Translations under genes and position numbers: made by a program
Notes under the pieces: model-generated
The model's input: the letters and a program-made list of their open reading frames with translations, nothing else
Database searches by the model: none
What the model was told of the DNA's origin: nothing
DNA from: an uncultured Pelagibacteraceae bacterium
Lineage (GTDB): Bacteria; Pseudomonadota; Alphaproteobacteria; Pelagibacterales; Pelagibacteraceae
Direction of reading: 5' to 3'
NCBI GenBank assembly: GCA_905618885.1
Contig: CAJQTC010000012.1
Coordinates: forward strand, 5,352 to 69,351
DNA: 64,000 bases
In this document: one piece after another, positions 12,130 to 20,253 of the stretch
Numbering within the stretch: position 1 is the stretch's first letter
Layout of the letters: the number at the start of each line of letters is the position of its first letter

Positions 12130-13358
12130 TAAGAGTTTATTAATTTAAACAAATTTTGTTTTTTTCTAATAATTTTAAAACTATTTTTATCAACTAAAAT
12201 TTCAGCAATAAGAGGCTTAGTATTATAGTTAGAAGACAAAGAAGAACCATAAGCACCTACATTTGTTATGGCTACAAAGTCACCTTCTTTTATCTTTTGA
12301 TATTTTTTATACTTTATAAATTTACACGAAGTTTCACAGATTGGACCAACAAATTCTATAGGTTCTTGAGATTTTCTTTTTGTTCTGACAATCGGAACAA
12401 TATCATGACTGGCATCGTATAACGCAGTTCTCATAAAGTCATTCATACCCGCGTCTATAATTATAAAATTCTTATTTGAACCTTTTTTTATATATTGAAT
12501 TTTACTTACTAAAACTCCTGTATTACCGACTAAAGATCTACCAGGTTCAAAAATAATATTACAATTTAATTTTTTCTTAAAATCGTAAACAAGTTTTGCA
12601 TAATTATTTAAATTAACCTGTTTATCTTTTTTAGTGTATTTAATTCCAAAGCCACCACCAAGGTCAACATATTTAAGTTTTATGTTTAAGTCTTTTATAA
12701 ATTCCGAAAGAACATCCAGTGTTTTTTTATACGGAGCATCAGATAAAATTTGACTGCCTATATGGACACTCACTGCATTAATTTTTAGGTTTTTAAATTT
12801 TTTTATTTTTTTATAAAAAGAAGAAAAATTCTTTATAGATACTCCAAATTTATTTTCTGCTTTTCCAGTTGAAATTTTTTTATGAGTTTTGGCATCAACA
12901 TTTGGATTTATTCTAAAACCAATAGATATTATTTTATTATTATTTTTACCTATTTTATTGATTAATATTGCCTCACTCTCGGACTCAACATTTATTAATA
13001 ATATTTTATTTTTAATAGCCAGTTTTAATTCTTCTTCCGTTTTCCCTACTCCTGAAAAAACAATTTTATTTGGTTTTATTCCTGCTTTTAAAGCTTTTAG
13101 AAGTTCACCACCTGAGACTACATCTGCACCTGATCCTAGTCTTCCTAACATTCTCATGATTGTCAGATTTGTATTAGCTTTGGCAGCAAAACATATAAGA
13201 GGATTTACATTTTTAAAAATTTTAGCGAATTTTATATAATTTTCTTTTATCTGCTGTCCTGAATAAAGATAAAAAGGAGTTTTATTTTTTTTTACAATAT
13301 TCAACATGGAGGTACTTTCTACAAATAATTTTTCTTTGAAATATTTAAAATGAGTCAT
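12129..13358 (-). CDS. lysA: Diaminopimelate decarboxylase
   Basis: FAAKAN, DVVSGGEL, HIGSQ, DLGGG, EPGR, GPICET, GAYG..SSNYN. Confidence 0.96.
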   Translation of the reverse strand: MTHFKYFKEKLFVESTSMLNIVKKNKTPFYLYSGQQIKENYIKFAKIFKNVNPLICFAAKANTNLTIMRMLGRLGSGADVVSGGELLKALKAGIKPNKIVFSGVGKTEEELKLAIKNKILLINVESESEAILINKIGKNNNKIISIGFRINPNVDAKTHKKISTGKAENKFGVSIKNFSSFYKKIKKFKNLKINAVSVHIGSQILSDAPYKKTLDVLSEFIKDLNIKLKYVDLGGGFGIKYTKKDKQVNLNNYAKLVYDFKKKLNCNIIFEPGRSLVGNTGVLVSKIQYIKKGSNKNFIIIDAGMNDFMRTALYDASHDIVPIVRTKRKSQEPIEFVGPICETSCKFIKYKKYQKIKEGDFVAITNVGAYGSSLSSNYNTKPLIAEILVDKNSFKIIRKKQNLFKLINS

Positions 13359-13363
13359 GTATT

Positions 13364-13477
13364 TTATAAAATAGTTTTTATTTCGTATTTAATTTTACCT
13401 TGGTACTGTGGATCAGATTTTTTTCCACAACTTTCTAAAATTAGCGCGCCTAAAATCAAAAGAAAAAATAACTTCAT
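13364..13477 (-). CDS. Small lipoprotein (37 aa), LptM/YifL-like, not in ORF track
   Basis: MKLFFLLILGALILES-CGKKSDPQYQGKIKYEIKTIL*; signal peptide with lipobox-like Cys; fills the argH-lysA gap and its ATG overlaps the argH stop. Confidence 0.75.
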   Translation of the reverse strand: MKLFFLLILGALILESCGKKSDPQYQGKIKYEIKTIL

Positions 13478-14862
13478 CTAGTATCTTTTTTATATTTTTT
13501 TATCATTTTTTTTACGTTGTTTGCAGAAGTTCCACCATAAGAATTTTTTGCATTCATAGAGTTCTTTACATCAAAAACTTTCAAAACACTCTTATCTAAA
13601 TTTCTATAGAGTTTTTTTAAATCATCTAAAGAAATTTCATTTAAAGTTTTCTCTTTTTTTTCTGCAAAATTAACCAATTGTGAAGAAATGCCATACGACT
13701 CTCTAAATGTCATTTTTTTCTCTTTTACTAAATAGTCAGCAAAATCTGTTGCGGTAGTGAAACCTTCATTAGCCATTTTATACATTCTATCCTTCGAAAT
13801 TTTCAAATTGTCGATCAGTTCTGAAGACATTGTTAATGTATCTTTAAGAGTATCGTAACCCTCAAAGACTAGAGCCTTGTCATCTTGTAAATCTTTAAAA
13901 TATGACATGGGCAAACCTTTCATTATTGTTAAAATTGAACTTAATTTCCCATAGTTTATTCCTACTCTTCCTCTAATTAGTTCCGCAGGATCAGGATTTT
14001 TTTTCTGAGGCATTATTGATGATCCTGTTAAAACACTATCGTTAAAATAAATCAATTTGAAAGCATCGGAGTTTAAAATAATAAAATCTTCTGCCAATCT
14101 TGATAAATGCATCGCGCATACAGCTGCAGCATATAAAAAATCAATTGCAAAATCTCTATCCGAAACTGAGTCGATCGAGTTGTTGGTAGGTTTTCTAAAA
14201 CCAAGTTTTTTGGAGGTAAAATTTCTATCAATTTTATAGGAAGTACCTGACAATGCAGCTGAGCCCAATGGTGATTCATCTAAAAGAACTAAGTTATTTT
14301 GAAATCTTTTTTTATCTCTATTTAGCATTTCGTAATAAGCCAAAAGGTAATGTGCAAATGAAATAGGCTGAGCATTTTTTAAATGCGTAAACCCAGGCAT
14401 AACCGTATCTGTATTTGGTTCAGCTTTTTTGATTAATATCTTCATCAAATTTGTAATATCATTTAAAATATCCTTAGAAGATTCTTTTACCCATAATTTA
14501 AAGTCAGTAACAACCTGATCATTTCTTGATCTTGCTGTGTGCATGTAACCAGCAGATGGACCAATAATATCAAATAATTTTTTTTCTATATTTAAATGAA
14601 TATCTTCATATTTTTCATGAAATATAAATTTACCTTTATCAATTTGAGATTTTATTTTCTTTAAACCATTGATAATTTTTTTACCTTCATTAAAGGGGAT
14701 AATTTTTTGCTTAACAAGCATTTGTGTATGTACAGTAGATGCGAAGATATCCTGCTTGTAGAGTCTCTTGTCTACATTGATAGAAGACCCAATTCTCTGA
14801 AAAGATTTAGAAGTCTTTCCTTTAAGTCTTTTTGACCAAACTGTTTTATTTTTATTTTTCAT
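13474..14862 (-). CDS. argH: Argininosuccinate lyase
   Basis: EDIH, HTARSRNDQ, GSSIMPQKKNPD. Confidence 0.97.
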   Translation of the reverse strand: MKNKNKTVWSKRLKGKTSKSFQRIGSSINVDKRLYKQDIFASTVHTQMLVKQKIIPFNEGKKIINGLKKIKSQIDKGKFIFHEKYEDIHLNIEKKLFDIIGPSAGYMHTARSRNDQVVTDFKLWVKESSKDILNDITNLMKILIKKAEPNTDTVMPGFTHLKNAQPISFAHYLLAYYEMLNRDKKRFQNNLVLLDESPLGSAALSGTSYKIDRNFTSKKLGFRKPTNNSIDSVSDRDFAIDFLYAAAVCAMHLSRLAEDFIILNSDAFKLIYFNDSVLTGSSIMPQKKNPDPAELIRGRVGINYGKLSSILTIMKGLPMSYFKDLQDDKALVFEGYDTLKDTLTMSSELIDNLKISKDRMYKMANEGFTTATDFADYLVKEKKMTFRESYGISSQLVNFAEKKEKTLNEISLDDLKKLYRNLDKSVLKVFDVKNSMNAKNSYGGTSANNVKKMIKKYKKDTR

Positions 14863-14892
14863 TTTACTATGCTATTTATAATTTAAATTAAT

Positions 14893-15420
14893 ATGAAAAT
14901 TAGTAAATCTTTTAAAATCTATATTCACATATTTGCTATATTTTTCTCTGCTCAGCAACTCTTAAGTGAAGTGACATATTCTAAAAATATAGTAGTCCAT
15001 AAAAAGCCCATAGAAATTAAAGAACTAAAATTTCAAGATTATAATCTTAATAAAGTGGATCTAACTGGAAAAAAGGGCAACATCATGATTTTGAATTTTT
15101 GGGCAACTTGGTGTGTTCCATGTAAAAAAGAAATGCCATCTTTAGAGAGATTATCAAAAAAATACCCGGAAATATTAATTTATCCAATAAATTTAGAAAA
15201 ACCAAATCAATATAAAGCAAAGAAATTTTTTACTGATTTAGGAATTTCAAAATTAAATATTTATTTTGATCGCGAATTCTCTTTAGTTAAGGTATTTAAA
15301 ATGAGAGGAGTACCGACGAGCATTTTAATAGATAAGAATGGCAAAGAATTCGGGAGGGTTATTGGCGAAGTTGATTTTTTCGATAAGTCTTTTATTGATT
15401 TTTTAAAGAAATATTTTTAG
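14893..15420 (+). CDS. tlpA: TlpA-family thiol:disulfide oxidoreductase
   Basis: LNFWATWCVPCKKEMPSL, GVPTS; divergent from argH. Confidence 0.88.
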   Translation: MKISKSFKIYIHIFAIFFSAQQLLSEVTYSKNIVVHKKPIEIKELKFQDYNLNKVDLTGKKGNIMILNFWATWCVPCKKEMPSLERLSKKYPEILIYPINLEKPNQYKAKKFFTDLGISKLNIYFDREFSLVKVFKMRGVPTSILIDKNGKEFGRVIGEVDFFDKSFIDFLKKYF

Positions 15421-15617
15421 TTTTTAAAAAAATAGGCCAAAGTTACGAGAACTATTACAGCAATAAATTGAAGTAGAACTCTGAGTTGCATAAGTTTATT
15501 TGAGTATTTTTTACTAGTGTCACCCCCTTTAAATAAAGTATAAATACCTAATAACAAAACAACCGCCACAGAACCTAACAATATAAAGCCTATAAAATTA
15601 AATAAAAAATCAGACAT
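15417..15617 (-). CDS. Twin transmembrane helix small protein (HIG1 family)
   Basis: Two hydrophobic helices around SNKLMQLRVLLQ. Confidence 0.85.
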   Translation of the reverse strand: MSDFLFNFIGFILLGSVAVVLLLGIYTLFKGGDTSKKYSNKLMQLRVLLQFIAVIVLVTLAYFFKN

Positions 15618-15639
15618 AATTAATTATTAATTTATTATC

Positions 15640-16299
15640 ATGAGCTACTCACTAAACACAACTATTTTAAATCCTCTTTCTAAAAAGAAACCAAAAAATG
15701 CTGTTATTCTTTGTCACGGGTACGGAGGAGATGGTAAGGATATTTCCTTACTAGCAAGTTACTGGAGAACTTATTTGCCTGATACATTGTTTGTTTGTCC
15801 TGATGCACCAGAAAAATGTGCTGTTAACGCTAATGGTTACCAATGGTATGATTTAATGGATCAAACTAAAGATCAAGTTTTAGTTAAATCTTTAGTAACT
15901 GAAATTAAATTAAATACTTTAATAGATGAGGTGTTAAGAGACAATGATCTTACAAGTGAAAAGATTGCTATAGGTGGATTTAGCCAAGGTTGTATGATTA
16001 GTTTGCAAACTGGCATTAAAAGAAAAGATAAGATTAATTCAATCATAGGATATTCAGGAAAAATAGTTGATGAGAGTCATTTACAAAATAATATTAATTC
16101 CCGTCCAAATATAATTTTAATGCACGGAGATAAGGATCAGATTGTGCCAATAAATTTTTTACTTGAAGCAAAAGATTTTTTTAATAAAAATAATTATAAA
16201 ATAGAAACAAAAATTTTTAAAAATTGTGAACATCGTATTCCAACTGAAGGAGCAAGTTTGGGATTAGAGTTTCTAAAAAATAATTTATATAAATATTAA
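15640..16299 (+). CDS. Phospholipase/carboxylesterase (alpha/beta hydrolase)
   Basis: HGYG, GFSQG, HGDKDQIVP, catalytic His near C-terminus. Confidence 0.9.
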   Translation: MSYSLNTTILNPLSKKKPKNAVILCHGYGGDGKDISLLASYWRTYLPDTLFVCPDAPEKCAVNANGYQWYDLMDQTKDQVLVKSLVTEIKLNTLIDEVLRDNDLTSEKIAIGGFSQGCMISLQTGIKRKDKINSIIGYSGKIVDESHLQNNINSRPNIILMHGDKDQIVPINFLLEAKDFFNKNNYKIETKIFKNCEHRIPTEGASLGLEFLKNNLYKY

Positions 16300-16355
16300 T
16301 TGATTGTTACAATTTTATAACTTGATATCATTTAGGTAATCAGGTAGTTTTTTGT

Positions 16356-16925
16356 ATGATTATTTCAGTTAACGATACAGTGCCACTAGAAAAGTGCCCA
16401 GCTTTAGTTTTAAACGCAGACTTTAGACCTCTTAGCTACTATCCTTTATCAATATGGTGCTGGCAAGATGCTGTTAAGTCAGTTTTTTTGAATCGAGTAA
16501 CTATAGTATCGAATTACAAGAGAAAGATTAGAAGTCCTTCTTTTGAAATGAATTTACCAAGTGTAATAGCTCTTAAAAATTTTATTAAACCTTCAGAAAA
16601 CCCTAATTTTACAAGGTTCAATGTTTTCTTGAGAGATAAATTTACTTGTCAGTACTGTGGCGACAAAAAAGATTTAACTTTTGATCATTTACTTCCAAAA
16701 TCAAGAGGTGGAGTAACAGATTGGGAAAATGTTATTACAGCCTGTTCAACATGCAACGTACAAAAAGGTGGTAAACTTTATAAAGATTGTGATCTCATAT
16801 TGGCTCAGAAACCTTTTACGCCGACAGTTGATGATTTACATAAAAATGGAAGAAACTTTCCACCTAATTTTTTACATGAAAGCTGGATGGATTATCTTTA
16901 CTGGGATATCGAGCTTGAGCCTTAA
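16356..16925 (+). CDS. HNH endonuclease family protein
   Basis: LVLNADFRPL, RDKFTCQYCG, TFDHLLPKSRGG, WENVITACSTCN. Confidence 0.92.
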   Translation: MIISVNDTVPLEKCPALVLNADFRPLSYYPLSIWCWQDAVKSVFLNRVTIVSNYKRKIRSPSFEMNLPSVIALKNFIKPSENPNFTRFNVFLRDKFTCQYCGDKKDLTFDHLLPKSRGGVTDWENVITACSTCNVQKGGKLYKDCDLILAQKPFTPTVDDLHKNGRNFPPNFLHESWMDYLYWDIELEP

Positions 16926-17007
16926 TTAGATTTTTTCAGAAACTTTTATAGCTATACGAGACGATATTTTAATAATTTTATCCTGCAATCTGAATAATCT
17001 ATCTTTA
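16861..17007. repeat. Direct repeat copy 1 (147 bp; HNH 3' end plus coq7 3' end)
   Basis: Aligns ungapped to 18431-18577 with 6 mismatches by manual comparison. Confidence 0.95.
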
Positions 17008-17239
17008 AAATCTTTAAGGCAATTATACTTTCAACAGAAACTAAAATCGTATTTGAAACAATTAATATTCCTATTAGTTTTAAAGCATTCATTAATTCTG
17101 TATTAATTCCAAAAGAAACTAGCATTACTAGACCAAAGATAGTTTCTAATCCTGAACAATAAGTCAAAAATATATAAAACTTTTGACTACCACCTCTAAA
17201 ATCTTTCATCCATTTTGTTATGTAGAACAGAACAACCAA
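16952..17239 (-). pseudogene. Probable membrane-protein gene fragment running into repeat copy 1
   Basis: Hydrophobic ORF with TTG start and no RBS; last ~18 codons come from the duplicated coq7 end read out of frame. Confidence 0.35.
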
Positions 17240-17522
17240 AATAAAATGTATGTAATTGTTAATTTAAAAGTTAGAGGATTTATTTCTTATTTATTAATAT
17301 AATAAAGCATTTGTTTCAAAATTTTTTTATTAAAAATCATTCCATTAGATGAAAATGTATGGTCTGCTACATTAAAGACCTTTTTATTTAGTCTTGTCCA
17401 ATTATTTTTTTTATAAAAACTCACTCATTCATTGCTAGAAATTATAAAGGAGGAAAAACTTGATTGTTTGATTATTGTATTGTTAAAACTCATCAATAAA
17501 TTTGACAAGTTTTATTCCTTGA

Positions 17523-18068
17523 CTAATTTTTTTTGAAACCTTTTTCATAAATTCTATGTTTGATCTTTCTCCATATTTCTTTTTTTAAAACAAAATTATC
17601 ACAATTTAATTGTTTATCAAAATTACTATATTCGTGTCCCCACCTTATATGCCAATCTATCTGCCAATCTTTCATCCGTTCAAAATCTTTTTTAATTTTA
17701 ACATGACACTTAATTTGATTGACATTTGTATTATTAAACAATTTCTCAAATAATAAATACGCTATAACACTTCCATATTTAATTTCTGATTTAATACTTA
17801 AATCTAAATAAAGACCCCACATACAAGATTTTTTTTCTTCTGAAGATTTTTCACCGTATCCTAAACCGATTGTCTTCTCATTATGAGTTAAAACATAATG
17901 ATGAAAAAAAGGATTTTTAATTTTATTATTAAACCATTCTAAATGTTCTTTTTCCTGTATAATTTTTGTATTAAAACTTGATACCCTTACTTTTTTTTGA
18001 TTTCTTAATAACAATATTTCTTTTAAGTTATTTTTATTTAGTAGTTCAAACGAATAATTTTCAATCAT
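17523..18068 (-). CDS. GNAT N-acetyltransferase, PseH-like
   Basis: ILLLRNQKKVR..SFNTKII.EKEHLEWF N-terminus, WGLY, YGS motifs typical of PseH/RimJ-type GNATs. Confidence 0.7.
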   Translation of the reverse strand: MIENYSFELLNKNNLKEILLLRNQKKVRVSSFNTKIIQEKEHLEWFNNKIKNPFFHHYVLTHNEKTIGLGYGEKSSEEKKSCMWGLYLDLSIKSEIKYGSVIAYLLFEKLFNNTNVNQIKCHVKIKKDFERMKDWQIDWHIRWGHEYSNFDKQLNCDNFVLKKEIWRKIKHRIYEKGFKKN

Positions 18069-18218
18069 ATACTCTTAGACCATCAATTTCTGGGCGATAA
18101 GTAAGTTTAATCTAATAATTAATTAGCACATAAATATCAAAAAACAATTAAATACCACAAGTATTTCTTTCATGTGCGAATGAGTTAGATAATCTTTTCA
18201 TTACATTTTTTTCTTTTG

Positions 18219-18437
18219 TTACATCCAATCTTCTTCATATCTCTTAACAAATTTAACTAAAAAAGAATGATGTCATTTTCTGCCTGTATATTTTTCAAGT
18301 TTAGACTTAATGTCTTTATACTTTGTGCCCTTATGTCTTAAAGACATTATCAGGTTTATTTCTCTTTTCTGTTTTTCACAATCAACCAAAACACAATTAT
18401 CACCCAAGTCTTTACCATACTGAACTTTTTCACCTAA
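18219..18437 (-). pseudogene. Remnant of serine recombinase C-terminal (recombinase/HTH) domain
   Basis: LGEKVQYGKDLGDNCVLVDCEKQKREINLIMSLRHKGTKYKDIKSKLEKYTGRK*HHSFLVKFVKRYEEDWM*; in-frame TGA at 18273-18275 at the usual Trp position; no start. Confidence 0.55.
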
Positions 18438-18577
18438 TTTTTTACATGAAAGCTGGATGGATTATCTTTACTGGGATATCGAGCTTGAACCTTAATTAGA
18501 TTTTTTCAGAAACTTTTATAGCTATACGAGACGATGTTTTAATAATTTTATCCAGCAATCCGTATAATCCATCTTTA
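18431..18577. repeat. Direct repeat copy 2 (147 bp)
   Basis: Matches 16861-17007; carries the functional coq7 3' end. Confidence 0.95.
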
Positions 18578-19029
18578 GTAGCACCACTCTCATAAGCTAT
18601 ATCTTTATGGTGTAGCTCATCGTCTCTAAATTTAATAATTTTATTTTTTAATTCTTCTTCATCTCCTTCAAGTTTATAAGTTTGACTCTTATAGTGAACA
18701 TCTATCACTTCTTCTACGGAAGCCGTACAAAGCATAGCAGCTTTTTTACCTAACATTGCAGTTCCAAAACCTAAACCTACTCCAAGTAAATCCCAAAGAG
18801 GAAGTAATTTTGTAGGTTTTATATTTCTTTTTTTAATTTCTTGATCAAAAAATTCGTAATGTTCTTTTTCATGCTCTTTCATTTCTTCAATTTGTTTTTT
18901 TAAATTTTCATCTTGTTTAAATGTTTTTAAAGCCAACAGTTGTCCTTCATAAATTTTAATAGCACCTCTTTCACCTGCGTGATCAACTCTTATAATTTCT
19001 TCTAAAATTTTTTTATTTGTTTTTTTCAT
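18496..19029 (-). CDS. coq7: Demethoxyubiquinone hydroxylase (di-iron, COQ7 family)
   Basis: IRVDHAGE.GA..IY.GQ, E..H, CTASVEEVI..HY, RDDELHH. Confidence 0.93.
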   Translation of the reverse strand: MKKTNKKILEEIIRVDHAGERGAIKIYEGQLLALKTFKQDENLKKQIEEMKEHEKEHYEFFDQEIKKRNIKPTKLLPLWDLLGVGLGFGTAMLGKKAAMLCTASVEEVIDVHYKSQTYKLEGDEEELKNKIIKFRDDELHHKDIAYESGATKDGLYGLLDKIIKTSSRIAIKVSEKI

Positions 19030-19498
19030 AATTCACTCCTATACGAAGCATCATAACACTTATAGACAGTGATGTAATTGTATTAAATGTAGCAAGTGAA
19101 AAACCAAAAACTCTAAAAGTGACATCTTTACAGCTTATAGTTTTCTTCTCTAACTCTTTGAGAAGTTCCTGAGCAGATGTAACTTTATTAATATTAGCAA
19201 GATCGCAAACAATAGACTCATTAAAAAAGCCTTGTTCTATACCAAAATGATAAAAAGAAATAATTGCGCCAAATAAAAAAAACAACCCAACAGTGAATGA
19301 AACAACTTTTTCATATTTGTTTAAAATTAAAACTAAAGAAACAAGAATGATTGAAGCTAAGAAGGGAATACGTTCGATTAAACAGAGATTACAAGGAATG
19401 TGCCCCAGAGCATGTTCAATGAAATAAGCAATAAGTAGTGCTAATATAGAAAATATTAAAACTCCAATCAAAAGAAATCTATGTTTGATTGAGATCAT
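19013..19498 (-). CDS. dsbB: Disulfide bond formation protein, DsbB family
   Basis: PCNLCLIERIP, YHFGIE, second Cys pair, 4 TM segments. Confidence 0.85.
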   Translation of the reverse strand: MISIKHRFLLIGVLIFSILALLIAYFIEHALGHIPCNLCLIERIPFLASIILVSLVLILNKYEKVVSFTVGLFFLFGAIISFYHFGIEQGFFNESIVCDLANINKVTSAQELLKELEKKTISCKDVTFRVFGFSLATFNTITSLSISVMMLRIGVNYEKNK

Positions 19499-20094
19499 TA
19501 TTTAAATAGTAAATATAAAATAATTGATATTATTAATATAAAGATTCCACCAATCGTAAACCATAACGCACCTTTTTTTTCTATTAAGCTTCCAAATTTT
19601 TTACCAAATAAAAAGGTTAAATAGGCAACAATAAAAAATCTTAAACCACGCGTAAAAAGACAAATAAAGAAGAAAACAAAAATATTAAAACCAACAATTC
19701 CACTAGCAATTGTGAATAATTTGAAAGGCAGTGGAGTAAAGCCCGCCAAAAACATAAGACCTAGCCAAAAGAGGAATCCTTCTTTTGATGATATTTTGTT
19801 TTGTATCTCAGAAACTCTTTCTTCATAACCATAAAATTCTATTATAACCATGGATATATCAAGAAAAAACACTCCAAGCATATAACCGACTAAACCACCT
19901 AGAACTGAAAAAATTGTAGCTATTAAAAAAATTTTTATATAATTTTCTTTTTTTGCCACAACCATTGGTACGATCATCAAATCAGGAGGAAGTGGAAAAA
20001 AAAAGCTTTCAATGAAAGAAATAAATGCCAAAGCGTAATTAGCTAGCTTACTAGAAGCTAGTTTTATACATTTATCAAAAAGGTTCTTTAACAT
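19498..20094 (-). CDS. YqaA/DedA family membrane protein
   Basis: SFIESFFFPLPPD, SVLGG..GY, GFTPLPFKLFTIASG, RGLRF. Confidence 0.9.
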   Translation of the reverse strand: MLKNLFDKCIKLASSKLANYALAFISFIESFFFPLPPDLMIVPMVVAKKENYIKIFLIATIFSVLGGLVGYMLGVFFLDISMVIIEFYGYEERVSEIQNKISSKEGFLFWLGLMFLAGFTPLPFKLFTIASGIVGFNIFVFFFICLFTRGLRFFIVAYLTFLFGKKFGSLIEKKGALWFTIGGIFILIISIILYLLFK

Positions 20095-20162
20095 TTTTCT
20101 ATTTATAAATTAATAAAACTTGAATACTATTTAAATATAAGCATTAAATGTGTAATTATAAA

Positions 20163-20249
20163 GGGCGAATGGTGGAACTGGTAGACGCGCCGGACTCAAA
20201 ATCCGGTGGTAGCAATACTGTGAGAGTTCGAGTCTCTCTTCGCCCACCA
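20163..20249 (+). tRNA. tRNA-Leu(CAA)
   Basis: GGGCGAA acceptor, anticodon arm CCGGA-CT CAA AA-TCCGG, long variable arm, GTTCGAGT T-loop, encoded CCA. Confidence 0.97.
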
Positions 20250-20253
20250 AATT

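Noticed and set aside
13408-13599. 63-aa plus-strand ORF
   Set aside because: Antisense to argH and to the better-supported lipoprotein ORF.
16356-16925. HNH gene as a homing endonuclease or defence gene responsible for the insert
   Set aside because: It resembles the stand-alone chromosomal HNH family of Alphaproteobacteria and lies outside the insert; no intron or defence partners are visible.
18273-18275. In-frame TGA as selenocysteine or recoding
   Set aside because: It falls at an expected Trp position in a fragment with no start; no SECIS-like hairpin is seen, and other genes use TGA as stop.
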